Assembly (NCBI GenBank): GCA_000146465.1
Contig: CP001952.1
Reading direction: 5' to 3' (one strand)
Length of the DNA: 64,000 nt
The notes below the pieces were generated by a model, which saw only the letters and a program-made list of their open reading frames with translations, made no database searches and was not told where the DNA came from. The position numbers and the translations under genes were made by a program. This document shows positions 51,134 to 61,265 of the stretch, one piece after another (the first letter of the stretch is position 1; the number at the start of each line of letters is the position of its first letter).

Positions 51134-52912
51134 ATGGCGGAAATGAGCTCTCTAAGCAAAAAGCTTTCTTCAAGCATAATAGGAATAGACCTGGGAACAA
51201 CCAACTCCTGTGTGTCTGTAGTTAAGAATGGGGAGCCTTTAATAATAGAAAACCAAGAGGGAGAGCGCACCACACCTTCGGTTGTGTCGATACTTGGAGA
51301 CGAAGTTATTGTAGGCAACCAAGCCAAGAGTAGGATGTTAATGAATCCCAAAAACACAGTGTTTGCATCCAAAAGACTGATAGGCCGGAAACTTGAGGAT
51401 CCAGAGGTGAAGAAGTATGTAAAGGGCCTTCCTTTCGATACAATGTCTCACTGTAACGGAGATGTTTGGATAAAGATTGATGGAAAGAAGTATTCTCCAG
51501 CACAAATAGGTGCGTTTGTACTTTCTAAGCTCAAAAAGAGTGCAGAATCATTCTTAAATCATCCGGTTGCAAAGTCGGTCATAACAGTTCCTGCATATTT
51601 TAATGATAGCCAACGTCAGGCAACAAAAGATGCAGGAAGAATAGCTGGGCTGGAAGTTGTAAGGGTGATCAATGAACCGACAGCTGCAGCACTTGCATAT
51701 GGCCTTGACAAGCTGGCAAAGGGAAATATTGCAGTCTATGATCTCGGAGGGGGAACCTTTGACATTTCTATTCTTGAGCTGAGCAATGGAGTGTTTCATG
51801 TAAAAGCTACTAACGGAGACACATTTCTTGGAGGAGAAGATCTTGACAATGAGCTTGTGAAGTTTATTATTGAAGACTTTAGGTTGAAGGAGGGAGTTAA
51901 CTTGGGTGAAGATATAAATGCACTAACGAGAATCAAGGAGTGTGCAGAAAAGATAAAGAAGGATTTATCTTCGTCTCTTTCCTCAAGAATCAACATACCA
52001 TACATATGTAGTATTGAAGGAAAGCCAAAGCATCTAACCAGAGAAATCACCCGGGACGAGTTGGAGAGAGTGGTTAAGAAGATTGTGGATCGTACTATTG
52101 AGCCATGCAAGAAAGCACTTAGGGATGCAGGGATGGAGGGTTCGGATATCAAACACGTGATACTGGTGGGGGGAATGACCCGGATGCCATATGTCCGAAG
52201 GGTAGTCAAGGAGGTGTTTGGAATTGAACCTTCTACCGGTATCAATCCCGATGAAGCCGTTGCAAAGGGAGCAGCATTGCAGGGAGGAGTTCTTACGGGA
52301 GAGGTTGATAATGTGCTTCTCCTGGATGTTGCACCTCTAAGCCTAGGAATTGAACTCCTTGGAGGAGTGTTTAACAAGATAATAAGAAGGAATACAACAA
52401 TTCCATTTAAAGAAACACAGACGTTTTCTACGTCAGAAGATAATCAAACAGAGGTGGACATCAAGGTATACCAGGGGGAGAGATCCATGGCATTGGATAA
52501 CAAGTATCTAGGACAGATCAAGCTCAAGGATATTCCTCCTCTTCCTCGAGGAGTGCCTAGGATTGAAGTGACGTTTGAGTCCGATGCTAACGGGATGTAC
52601 AAAGTAACTGCACAGGATAGTGTCACAAAGAAGCCGCAGTCTCTAGAGATAATTCCATCTAGTGGATTAACAGAGGAGGAGATAAACAAAATGGTGGAGG
52701 AAGGAGAAAAGCATAGACACTTAGATGAGATAAAAAGGAGGAAAGCTGAGCTTATTGTTTCTTCGGCCGAGTTTCTTCGAAGACCATCCTCAAGCTTGGC
52801 AAAAATCTCCAAGGACTGCTTAGACACGATTAAAAGAGCTGTGTCTGGAGAGGAGTTTGATTTGGAAGAAACAAAGCAAGCACTGGAAAATGCAAAGAAA
52901 GCCATCTCTTGA
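51134..52912 (+). CDS. SSC1: Hsp70, mitochondrial/DnaK type (mitosomal Hsp70)
   Basis: IIGIDLGTTNSCVSV, VITVPAYFNDSQRQATKDAGRIAGLEVVRVINEPTAAALAYG and DLGGGTFDISIL. DnaK-type spacing. First ATG at 51134 and no long presequence. Confidence 0.95.
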   Translation: MAEMSSLSKKLSSSIIGIDLGTTNSCVSVVKNGEPLIIENQEGERTTPSVVSILGDEVIVGNQAKSRMLMNPKNTVFASKRLIGRKLEDPEVKKYVKGLPFDTMSHCNGDVWIKIDGKKYSPAQIGAFVLSKLKKSAESFLNHPVAKSVITVPAYFNDSQRQATKDAGRIAGLEVVRVINEPTAAALAYGLDKLAKGNIAVYDLGGGTFDISILELSNGVFHVKATNGDTFLGGEDLDNELVKFIIEDFRLKEGVNLGEDINALTRIKECAEKIKKDLSSSLSSRINIPYICSIEGKPKHLTREITRDELERVVKKIVDRTIEPCKKALRDAGMEGSDIKHVILVGGMTRMPYVRRVVKEVFGIEPSTGINPDEAVAKGAALQGGVLTGEVDNVLLLDVAPLSLGIELLGGVFNKIIRRNTTIPFKETQTFSTSEDNQTEVDIKVYQGERSMALDNKYLGQIKLKDIPPLPRGVPRIEVTFESDANGMYKVTAQDSVTKKPQSLEIIPSSGLTEEEINKMVEEGEKHRHLDEIKRRKAELIVSSAEFLRRPSSSLAKISKDCLDTIKRAVSGEEFDLEETKQALENAKKAIS

Positions 52913-53039
52913 TAAAGTATCCGTTTGCAACAAAAATATCTATTGCTATTTAATTTCCAAGGGATATAATCTGAAACAAAGCAAGATTAGATGTAATGAA
53001 ACATGTTGATAAACTAAGAGCCCCCGAAAACAAAGACTC

Positions 53040-53795
53040 ATGACTACAAATTTCAACAAAGAAGTTAAAATGCTCCGTGAAACTGAGGAGAACAAAAGAT
53101 GTGCAGACTGCTCTGCACCAAATCCCCCATGGGCGTCTGTGACTTACGGGATATTCATATGCTTTGATTGTGCTAGTATTCATAGATCCCTTGGAGTCAA
53201 AACGAGCTTTGTAAAGAGCGTGAATCTGGACATTTGGGATGAAAAGGAATATTTGTTTATGAAGCATGGATCAAATGAGAAGTTTAAGAAGTTTCTGGAG
53301 CATTGCAAGCTTGTTGGGCGGGAAATGAACGAGATTTACAACAACAACCACATCAGGAAGTATGGTGAAAGCGTTAAGAGCCTTGTTGTGAAGGAGATAG
53401 GAGAAGAGGCATTCAACAGGCCAAGGACTAGTACGGTTCCTAAAGAGCCAAGAGACTCGGAAGACTGGAGAAAGAGGTCTTCTACGGATTGTGTAAATAG
53501 AAGCAAGAGGTCCCATGGTACGCCGGGGCTTGAATCCATTAGTACGGGCTCGCTTCAGAGCTCTATTTCGTCTACTTTGTCTATTGTTGGAAGCGCGATT
53601 TTCTCGGGAGCAAAGGTAATTACCGGAAAGACTGTGGAATATGGAAGCATTGTTGTTAGCTCTACAAAGAGCATTATCAAAGACAACTCTTCTTCATTAT
53701 CATCTATCTTCAAGAAAAAGGATTTAATTCCAAAGGATCACATAAAAGTCCCTGAAAGACAGGAGGTCTATCCAAGGCCAGATAAGTGGGACTAG
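53040..53795 (+). CDS. ADP-ribosylation factor GTPase-activating protein (ArfGAP)
   Basis: [46 protein letters not shown] is the ArfGAP C4 zinc finger with the Arg finger. Confidence 0.85.
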   Translation: MTTNFNKEVKMLRETEENKRCADCSAPNPPWASVTYGIFICFDCASIHRSLGVKTSFVKSVNLDIWDEKEYLFMKHGSNEKFKKFLEHCKLVGREMNEIYNNNHIRKYGESVKSLVVKEIGEEAFNRPRTSTVPKEPRDSEDWRKRSSTDCVNRSKRSHGTPGLESISTGSLQSSISSTLSIVGSAIFSGAKVITGKTVEYGSIVVSSTKSIIKDNSSSLSSIFKKKDLIPKDHIKVPERQEVYPRPDKWD

Positions 53796-53858
53796 AATAC
53801 TAGATATCTAATTAAAACTTTCGAATACCTCCGAAGCTTTTAAACTGTCCAAAAGATC

Positions 53859-54293
53859 TTACATTTTATTTACAACGAGTGCTGTGAAATACTTGTATAC
53901 AAGAAATACATACAGAGAGATCTTACAGAACATTTCAATCTTTATCCGTTTCTTTTGTTTGAAGAAATCCAGAGCACTGATGGAATCTTTGGATCCTTTC
54001 TTCTGGATCTCGTAAACAAATAGTAGGACAACAAGAAACGATGTGTAGCATAAGGAGAGAACCTGGGCAGCCATAATCAAAGTAAGTAACTTGAACTCTA
54101 TGGCTGCAAGCCGAAGTATCCTATCGCATGCATTGTAAGACGATGCTCTTCTACCCTCTGCATCCAGCACCGCCTCTATTTTATAGAGCTCAACAATACA
54201 GAGTATGACACTCAACATAAGGGAAATAAAGAGTCCTATAGGATTCATTGGTAAGGGTAGAATATTCGGACCTTGAAAACTTGATTTATTCAT
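53859..54293 (-). CDS. Hypothetical membrane protein
   Basis: 144-aa ORF from an ATG with 3-4 hydrophobic segments. Confidence 0.4.
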   Translation of the reverse strand: MNKSSFQGPNILPLPMNPIGLFISLMLSVILCIVELYKIEAVLDAEGRRASSYNACDRILRLAAIEFKLLTLIMAAQVLSLCYTSFLVVLLFVYEIQKKGSKDSISALDFFKQKKRIKIEMFCKISLYVFLVYKYFTALVVNKM

Positions 54294-54310
54294 CTCTAAG
54301 CCTCATGGGT

Positions 54311-55195
54311 CTATTGGTTGAAGATGTATCTGTGCATGGAGTACAGAAGGTTGTAGATGGCATTTTCCATGATATTTTCATCGCACTTCTCAAGAAGACG
54401 TCTTCGATAATCAACCTTCCCCACTTTAGCCATTTCAAGATCCTTACCCTTCAGATTCTTTTCTTCTTCCCATGCTTTTCCGTAGCTTTCGATGAGCTTT
54501 AGAACCTCCTCTCTCTTAGTCCTGACATCCCTGAGCTTAAGGTTATCTGCCCATGTTTTCCTGTGAAGATTAAGGAGCATCTTCTGCTCGAGATCGTTTT
54601 TCCGGCATGTTATGTTAAACGAATAATAGTGCTTGTTAAGCCCGTGGATTATGGATATGAGAGTGGGTGTCTTAAGATATCCTATGTTTGATGTCACTTG
54701 TCTTGGCTCTCCTCCAAGCACTCCTAGCTGATTGTCGATGAGTCTGAATGCATCAATCACAACCTTTCCCTTGACACTCTGAATGGGATCGACAACCACT
54801 GCAACAGCTCTTTTACATAATTTTTCGAAGCTCTGCTGGGTACTTATGTCCACTGTACTGAGCCAGCATCCGAAACCCGGGTGGCTGTGATACCATCCAA
54901 CCACTGTCTCGTGTCTCCCCGTAGCCTTTAGTATGCTCATCATCTCCATCTGGAAAATAGGATCCACAGACTCCACAGTGACATTTGTCCCACTCTGAGG
55001 CATGGCAAATACATCGACAACTTTCACTGTGTATTCATCAACAAATTCCCCAAGCATCAGTCCCATGACCTCCAAAGGAATTCCCGCTCTTCCATGTTTG
55101 AGCATTTTCAATAGTGCAAGCGAAGAAATCTGGACTGTCTCAGAGGCGTCTGATGTAGGTTCTCCATCATCTACCCCAACAAATCCATTAAACAT
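54311..55195 (-). CDS. RPN11: 26S proteasome lid deubiquitinase Rpn11 (JAMM/MPN+)
   Basis: [29 protein letters not shown] is the JAMM motif of the Rpn11 type. N-terminal MPN domain. Confidence 0.9.
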   Translation of the reverse strand: MFNGFVGVDDGEPTSDASETVQISSLALLKMLKHGRAGIPLEVMGLMLGEFVDEYTVKVVDVFAMPQSGTNVTVESVDPIFQMEMMSILKATGRHETVVGWYHSHPGFGCWLSTVDISTQQSFEKLCKRAVAVVVDPIQSVKGKVVIDAFRLIDNQLGVLGGEPRQVTSNIGYLKTPTLISIIHGLNKHYYSFNITCRKNDLEQKMLLNLHRKTWADNLKLRDVRTKREEVLKLIESYGKAWEEEKNLKGKDLEMAKVGKVDYRRRLLEKCDENIMENAIYNLLYSMHRYIFNQ

Positions 55196-55244
55196 TTCAG
55201 GGTTTGGATTTCTTTCTTTTAAGCTCTTGGAACTAGCCTAAAGA

Positions 55245-55415
55245 TCACTTATCTTCGAGAAAATCAAATCCAGGATCCTCCAACTGAACCACTAGCTCCT
55301 CAAGAATCGCTTCCAGACTTTCGATGCTCTCCGATATCGATGCCCCGTCTAGCCTTATCCCGCTGTCTAAGCCCCTTATCAGTCTGTTATAAGCTTTCTC
55401 AATATTCTCTTTCAT
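55245..55415 (-). CDS. Unlisted 56-aa acidic helical ORF (MKENIEKAYNRLIRGLDSGIRLDGASISESIESLEAILEELVVQLEDPGFDFLEDK)
   Basis: Found by own translation of the 289-nt spacer between Rpn11 and the next gene. ATG to TGA, 49 nt upstream of the Rpn11 start and on the same strand. It falls below the ORF-track size cut-off. Confidence 0.2.
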   Translation of the reverse strand: MKENIEKAYNRLIRGLDSGIRLDGASISESIESLEAILEELVVQLEDPGFDFLEDK

Positions 55416-55484
55416 TTATTCCAACAAAGTAACAGGGCTCGCCACTACAAGAAAGAAAGAGCTTCACTAGGGTATCTTTCTTTA

Positions 55485-55841
55485 TTACACATTCTTAATA
55501 GGCAGAGAAAACATAATGCCAGAGAGGGTCGTTAATGAAATAATCATCACCCATGCATCTGGTATCAAGCCGTAGTACTTTGTTTCAAAGTCTACTCGAA
55601 ACACCATCTTCTCGGTTTCTCCAAAGTATTGAGTGACATCAACCAATTCGAATCTTCGGGGCTCGTACTCTACAACATCGTATCTGTAGTATCCGGGAAA
55701 GGAGATTTTTAGGGAGTTCCAGGTAGAGGCCCCATGGGAAGCTGATGATATATATGTATTTCCAACCTTAAGTGTGTCGAACGAACTTCTTGATATCTCG
55801 ATGTTGTCTGCAAATACAAAAACTAGAAACAAAAGAAACAT
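55485..55841 (-). CDS. Small secretory-pathway protein: signal peptide, ~80-aa lumenal domain, C-terminal TM
   Basis: The listed ORF runs to 56042 but would overlap the Eaf6 gene. The internal ATG at 55841 gives MFLLFLVFVFADNIEI... (signal peptide) and ...WVMIISLTTLSGIMFSL (TM). Confidence 0.4.
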   Translation of the reverse strand: MFLLFLVFVFADNIEISRSSFDTLKVGNTYISSASHGASTWNSLKISFPGYYRYDVVEYEPRRFELVDVTQYFGETEKMVFRVDFETKYYGLIPDAWVMIISLTTLSGIMFSLPIKNV

Positions 55842-55950
55842 TTTGACTACAGGGCGGGATATTAGCCAAAAATATATTTGCTGTAAAACATTTAGGAAAC
55901 TCCTATGGCAGATTCCCTTGGGCCTTATTCCTTGGATAAACTCCCGGCCC

Positions 55951-56211
55951 ATGAACATCGAGGACACGTCTTTGGATGCGAAGAAAAGATTCAAAGCTCT
56001 TCTTGCAAAAAGAAAGAAACTGAGAAAACAGATTCGAACCATTGAAAGGGAAATGTTTAGGCACGAGACTGTGTATTTGGAAATGACCCAGGGATCTCCC
56101 CTTACAAAGAATGTGGAATATTATGTTTCAAACAGGGCAGAGAAGAAGAAGTATAATGTAGACGACAAAATGAGAATCTTTAATAAAAACTTCCCCAGGA
56201 CCGATCGGTAG
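55951..56211 (+). CDS. EAF6: NuA4 histone acetyltransferase subunit Eaf6 (MEAF6)
   Basis: KKRFKALLAKRKKLRKQIRTIEREMFRHETVYLEMTQGSPL aligns with Eaf6 (L..KR..L...L..LE.QIY..E..YLEDTQ.GNI). First ATG at 55951 within listed ORF 55774..56211. Confidence 0.55.
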   Translation: MNIEDTSLDAKKRFKALLAKRKKLRKQIRTIEREMFRHETVYLEMTQGSPLTKNVEYYVSNRAEKKKYNVDDKMRIFNKNFPRTDR

Positions 56212-56275
56212 AGAAGGCTGTGTTTGCAGAGCTCCCTAGTTTGGTCGAGTAAAAAATTTTCAAGACCCCTTCCAT

Positions 56276-56590
56276 ATGAAAGGAGAGGATCGTATAAGGA
56301 TCTTGAATACCCAGACAATACAAGTGGAGAAGGAAGATCACACCATTATGAATCCGTTAAGGTGGTGTATAAGTAAAAATTTCTATGGAGAGAATGTGGA
56401 GCTCGTGGGGTACACCATCCCACACCCCTCCGACGATGCTTCCAACTTAACCATTCAGTTCTCCAATGAGTCGTCTCAAACACCTCCAAATCTCTTTAAG
56501 AAGATGATGGAGGGCTTGGAGTGTATGGAAGCCATCGGAAGAAAAATGGAAAGTGAGATAGAGAAGTTCGAAGGCAAATTTAATAAATAG
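56276..56590 (+). CDS. RPC19: RNA polymerase I/III shared subunit AC19 (Rpb11-like)
   Basis: EDHTIMNPLRWCISKNFYGENVELVGYTIPHPSDDASNLTIQF matches AC19 (EDHTLGNALRY...VEFCGYSIPHPSE..LNIRIQT). Confidence 0.7.
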   Translation: MKGEDRIRILNTQTIQVEKEDHTIMNPLRWCISKNFYGENVELVGYTIPHPSDDASNLTIQFSNESSQTPPNLFKKMMEGLECMEAIGRKMESEIEKFEGKFNK

Positions 56591-56643
56591 AGGACTTAGG
56601 TGTCATTTGCTTTTAGGCCCAAGGCATGTGCCCTAAGAAAAGC

Positions 56644-57654
56644 CTATTCATTGCATGTGTAGAACAACATTAATGGATATCCACAAACATCTTTCATCTC
56701 CAAAATTTTTTCTACGCCTCCTGCTCCATATCCATGCCAGCCTTCCCCGTCCTTGACATAGCAGTAGCTCATGGTATTTTCTTCTGTTATAAAAGAACAA
56801 AGAGAGAAAGTGTGGCTTCCAAGGCTTATATTCGAACCGTTCAGTATATCGATGCCTCCCTGTTCTTTTACGACAAGTACAAGAACTGGCGGCTTCTTGG
56901 TTATCTTTCTATTTTTAACCTTTAGACTCGAATCAAAGGCCTCTTGGATATTGGAGAATCCTTTTAAAGACACCCTACTCTTTTCAAAAGAGATCTCCTG
57001 AGATTGGCTTCCAGAAACAGCTTTTCCCTGAAATATCTCTACAATTGGAGAATATTCCTTGTAAAGTAGCTTAGGCTTGGCTCCTTGGGTTTTACCCATG
57101 GTACTCCATGTATCCTCCTCAAAGTTGTAGTATTCGCAGAGCTCGTCGTGGATCGCCTGAAGAAGTTCTGAATATATATCTTCGTATACTTTCGAATCTG
57201 ACTCCATTAAAAGATCGCTTGCATTGGTTTTCTTCTCCTCCATCAGCAAGCGAAGAAATTCCGAAATTCTGAACATTATCTGGCATTTTTCTATATCTTC
57301 ACCTTTCTCTCTGAAGTTCAGGATAAAGTTGTAGAAGGGAGGAAGCCTGACAAGACATATCAGTAAGTTGAATATCTTTTCGTCAGACTCCACGTATTCA
57401 AGATCCACAACTCCAATATGCCTTTCCACAAATAGCTTATTTCCTGAGAGTAGGATTTTGTTCCCATTCAGTCTCCCCACAGGCCTCTTTGGAAGCCTAG
57501 GCGGCTGTCTAGTGACAATATTATATTCTTCCTCGGCCGTCATTTCGTTCAAAAAAAAGACACAGGACTCTGGTTTTGTTCTCATTAGTCCGATTCTCAG
57601 GATGTAAATTTTTAAGTTCATTTGAAGAGCTAATGAAATTCTCCCGTAGTACAC
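56644..57654 (-). CDS. Hypothetical protein, weak resemblance to a degenerate ubiquitin C-terminal hydrolase fold
   Basis: 336-aa ORF. The C-terminal PVLVLVVKEQGGIDILNGSNISLGSHTFSLCSFITEENTMSYCYVKDGEGWHGYGAGGVEK loosely resembles the USP His-box region. Uncertain. Confidence 0.4.
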   Translation of the reverse strand: MYYGRISLALQMNLKIYILRIGLMRTKPESCVFFLNEMTAEEEYNIVTRQPPRLPKRPVGRLNGNKILLSGNKLFVERHIGVVDLEYVESDEKIFNLLICLVRLPPFYNFILNFREKGEDIEKCQIMFRISEFLRLLMEEKKTNASDLLMESDSKVYEDIYSELLQAIHDELCEYYNFEEDTWSTMGKTQGAKPKLLYKEYSPIVEIFQGKAVSGSQSQEISFEKSRVSLKGFSNIQEAFDSSLKVKNRKITKKPPVLVLVVKEQGGIDILNGSNISLGSHTFSLCSFITEENTMSYCYVKDGEGWHGYGAGGVEKILEMKDVCGYPLMLFYTCNE

Positions 57655-57687
57655 TTCGATTTAAGAAGGTAAGAGTTTTAATTAGTG

Positions 57688-59493
57688 TTAGGACTGATTC
57701 AAAGATGCAATGATGTCTAGTATTTCTCTTCTGCTCATCACAACAGAAGATGAAATCGACTCCTGGATGCTCAGGTCGAAGTAACTAAACAAGTTCAGGA
57801 TGTGCAGAACTATTGGACTTTTCAATGACAAGCTGTGGAGGTGAATATCAGAGTTCAGATAGTCCCTTGGATTCAATCCAAACACAGCCTTAAAACACCC
57901 CATAATCGACGTCTGTATTCCAAGAAGCTTAAGATAGCTAGAATTGTCGACTCCATTTACATGGACCAGTTGGTTGGACCTTGAATACAGCATAATACTA
58001 TTCTTCCTAAACCCTACTCTGGAAGATGAGAGTCTTCCCAGATTGGTTTTCATCTCCACTCTCTTGACAAGTTTAGCTCCATCCATGCTTATTATGTTAT
58101 TTGGAGAGTAGGTGTATGCATGAATTGTTCCCTTGATGTCGCAACACACCATCGAAAGCTCATTGCCAGTAATAAGAAGTTCTGTAGAGGTTGCATTCTT
58201 AAGAGGCTCGCTAGAGCTTATCAGGTGGAGTCTAATTGGCTTGGACTGGAAGAAAAAGAACGACAAGCCTCTATAAATGTCGGATGCAAGAATGTAGTTT
58301 TTAACCACAGATATAGAGGATGTAAATGTGTGCAAGTCATGGAAACCTATGGGTATTATCCCGCTGCCCCTGTCAATTTTGTAAATCATTATCTTGGTTC
58401 CCAAACATAGTACAATCTTACCACGAACTTCAGAGCATTGGACAATCGATCCCTTAGTCTTTTCAATTCCCAAAACCTTGAGTTTACAGTCTTTGAAAGG
58501 GCTCTCCAACGACGGAACAACAGAAATTATTTCTAGTACATGAAGCCGGCCTTTCGCAGGCCTATCTTCTCCTTCAATGAAGGTTGTGCAAACAAGTAGA
58601 AAAGGGGACTTTCCATAATTTCCCTGCATATCATCCAAAACGAGATACTGGATATCAAAGACATACTCGTTCTCTTCTAATTCATAAGTACTTATATGCT
58701 CGTATTTCTCCGAATACAGGTCGACATAGAACCGATAGGTGTTTACAGGAACTCCACAGTCTTTTCCATTCTTTGGGGAAAACTCAACTTCTTCGCATGA
58801 GGCTACTACCATGTACCGATCTGCATACTCGATGTGCTTTGGTGTTCTAAGAACTGGAATCTTTTTCCCAATAAATCCGCTTCCAAAAACATATCCGTTT
58901 TCAATGCTGGGGACTCTGCAGACCATTAGATAGCCTTTGGAGAGTTGTATCACATCGTCTCCATCCATAGCTATTGAATTTAGAGTGTACTGACTTCTGT
59001 ACAAAAAATGTCCCTTGTCTGTTGGAACCATAAATACGTTGGTTGTTGCTTTTATGAATACCATTGTACCCACATTGTAAAATGCCTTGGTCTCCGGAGA
59101 TAGATTGAAGGCAATGTGTCTTGGAAGATGTATTTTGAAAAAGATTACTTCAGAAGGAAGGGTTTCCCTGAGAAGTGCCTCCAGCCCGAAGGATTCATAT
59201 GCAACCATGTAACCTCCTTTCAATCTGAAGAGCATAAGAATCTTGGTGCCCGTTGCAAGCATGGCCATCTCTATAACGGCTTCATCATCGTTCTTCTCCG
59301 ATAGATCTATAGGTACAGATGTCTCCGATGAAAATCTTATCGCGTATGGAACGCCTCTTATTGAACAAGGAGGAAATTGCCCCATCCGTTTGTCTATGTC
59401 GAAGATGCTCAAAAGATCATCAGAAAGAATAAAAACCTTATTCCCGATATCTGCAAAACATGTAACGTTAGGGATGCAGGTAACCACGGTCAT
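57688..59493 (-). CDS. CFT1: CPSF160/Cft1 (cleavage and polyadenylation specificity factor large subunit), C-terminal part of a split gene
   Basis: C-terminal ...SRREILDIIASLNQS and the preceding helical/beta-propeller region align to the CPSF160 C-terminus. This ORF lies directly downstream of the N-terminal ORF on the same strand. Its reading frame stays open 14 codons upstream of its first ATG. Confidence 0.7.
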   Translation of the reverse strand: MTVVTCIPNVTCFADIGNKVFILSDDLLSIFDIDKRMGQFPPCSIRGVPYAIRFSSETSVPIDLSEKNDDEAVIEMAMLATGTKILMLFRLKGGYMVAYESFGLEALLRETLPSEVIFFKIHLPRHIAFNLSPETKAFYNVGTMVFIKATTNVFMVPTDKGHFLYRSQYTLNSIAMDGDDVIQLSKGYLMVCRVPSIENGYVFGSGFIGKKIPVLRTPKHIEYADRYMVVASCEEVEFSPKNGKDCGVPVNTYRFYVDLYSEKYEHISTYELEENEYVFDIQYLVLDDMQGNYGKSPFLLVCTTFIEGEDRPAKGRLHVLEIISVVPSLESPFKDCKLKVLGIEKTKGSIVQCSEVRGKIVLCLGTKIMIYKIDRGSGIIPIGFHDLHTFTSSISVVKNYILASDIYRGLSFFFFQSKPIRLHLISSSEPLKNATSTELLITGNELSMVCCDIKGTIHAYTYSPNNIISMDGAKLVKRVEMKTNLGRLSSSRVGFRKNSIMLYSRSNQLVHVNGVDNSSYLKLLGIQTSIMGCFKAVFGLNPRDYLNSDIHLHSLSLKSPIVLHILNLFSYFDLSIQESISSSVVMSRREILDIIASLNQS

Positions 59494-59558
59494 CTCCCTA
59501 TCATAAAAAACAAGTCTTTTTTCGGAATCCCTTACTGCAAGAAATAATCCACTACAAA

Positions 59559-61238
59559 TTATTTTTGCCTCTGCCGCTTTGCTAGTAAAGTCTCCTCTAC
59601 CACCTTAAGGTTATGATCCATTCCCAACCAGAAGGTAGGTGTAATCTGAATTATTCCAGTGCCGAACTCCGCAAAAAGTAACGTGTCCATATCTTTAGCA
59701 TATTTTCCATCCACTTCCAAAAGACTCTTTTCAGGCCATTTAAAGACCTTTGTATCCCCTGCTCTACCCAGAATGTAGAAGTCTAAGACCCTTGAACAAT
59801 ACAAATATCTTCTTGTCTTCTGAGACTTCAAGATTTTCAATGGCATAATATTGCTTACAACGCGTACTCCGGGCTCTAGTCCTTCAACAACAAAGACTGC
59901 TTCATTTTCTCTTTTCATCGCCACTTCATTCAAAAATCCGATGTTTGAAATCTCGTCAACTTGATGGAGAGTAAAAGTTTCTCCAGCTCTTGACTCAGAA
60001 CCTTCATTGAAAAGCTTGGCATACTCTTCATCTTGTTTCTGGGTTTCTTGGTCTTTGTTTCCAAACAGTTTAGAATACTCTTCCAGTACACTTCTTTCAG
60101 CCGGGATGACATTTTCTTCTGTCCTTCGCCGGAGGCTCTTTATTTCAAACAACTCCGAGCTGTCGCCTATAGATCCAACAAATAAGAGGTTCTCCACCTC
60201 TCCTATGCAACTGGCTATAGATCCTCTTCTCTCAAACTCCAGAGATGCCCCTATGATTCTTTTTATGTCCATCGATATCTCGAGTCTATATCGATCTCCA
60301 TTTCCATTGAATATCAGGCAGGTGTTTCCTCTCGAAAAGAAATTTACATCAAAAAGAACTACGTCGTTAAGTGCTTTGCCCGCTTCACATGCTTCGGACA
60401 TCCTATTCAAAGGAACCGAGTACGAGCTGCTTGTAGATCTTATTAATATAGAGTTGTGTGATATAAACAGTAGGATGGAACCGGCACATACCACCTTAAA
60501 TGTTTTTGGGGGAACTAGAAACTCGTCGATAGTATGGAATTTTCCTGCACTTAGATCAATCGAAAACACTATGGCATTGTAATTCCTTACAACTGTGTAC
60601 TTCTTAGGAAGCGAATCGTACACCAGACACACAGTGGGAATGGAATAGTTTTCCAGAAAAGTAAAGTCGATTGGATTCTTGATCTTTCCATCGATATCTA
60701 TAAACTTAAAGACCTTTGCGTTGAACATCCCAGGAAACAAAGGAAAGACACTAAAATAACGCTTGTTCATCTGAAACATCCCTAGATCAGTGCCTATTCG
60801 GACATTCCTTATATCTTCGTCTTTGATGTCGAACTCATCCTTTTCGAAAAACTTTAAAGACGTTGTCTTGAATTCGTTTTCCTGAGGATCAAACCTCACA
60901 AGAGAAATCTTTGCCTTATGAAACAGAAAAACTAGACCGTCTTGGTCTGGAGATATCCTATACTTTTCCACCTGGCAAACTCTCTCAAATAGAATATGCT
61001 GCTTCACCAAAACCAGCCCCGAGCCGTACTTCCAGAGTCTTACGATGTTCCCGTTATATGTTAGAAACGAATGTGTCCCGGGTATAAAGAACCCTGCAGA
61101 ACATCCCTCGACGCTGTTCCATGGACTCTCTTGTGAATATAGGTAGTTCATTGGGGTTGCAATTTCCCGGTGCCAAACCCGGTTTTCCCACCGAAGACCA
61201 TATTGCAAGCAAATCTCGCACTGGAAAAAGATGAACAT
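59559..61238 (-). CDS. CFT1: CPSF160/Cft1, N-terminal part of the split gene
   Basis: LVFLFHKAKISLVRFDPQENEFKTTSLKFFEKDEF aligns with CPSF160 [35 protein letters not shown]. The probable true start is MNYLYSQ... The ORF ends at a TAA 65 nt before the next ORF's ATG. Confidence 0.7.
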   Translation of the reverse strand: MFIFFQCEICLQYGLRWENRVWHREIATPMNYLYSQESPWNSVEGCSAGFFIPGTHSFLTYNGNIVRLWKYGSGLVLVKQHILFERVCQVEKYRISPDQDGLVFLFHKAKISLVRFDPQENEFKTTSLKFFEKDEFDIKDEDIRNVRIGTDLGMFQMNKRYFSVFPLFPGMFNAKVFKFIDIDGKIKNPIDFTFLENYSIPTVCLVYDSLPKKYTVVRNYNAIVFSIDLSAGKFHTIDEFLVPPKTFKVVCAGSILLFISHNSILIRSTSSSYSVPLNRMSEACEAGKALNDVVLFDVNFFSRGNTCLIFNGNGDRYRLEISMDIKRIIGASLEFERRGSIASCIGEVENLLFVGSIGDSSELFEIKSLRRRTEENVIPAERSVLEEYSKLFGNKDQETQKQDEEYAKLFNEGSESRAGETFTLHQVDEISNIGFLNEVAMKRENEAVFVVEGLEPGVRVVSNIMPLKILKSQKTRRYLYCSRVLDFYILGRAGDTKVFKWPEKSLLEVDGKYAKDMDTLLFAEFGTGIIQITPTFWLGMDHNLKVVEETLLAKRQRQK

Positions 61239-61265
61239 AGGGGTATAAGTTTAATACAGGCCGGT

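Noticed and set aside
51796-52905. 193-aa and 153-aa minus-strand ORFs inside the Hsp70 gene
   Set aside because: They are antisense to a near-perfectly conserved DnaK-type Hsp70 and have Ser/Leu/Ile-rich composition typical of antisense frames.
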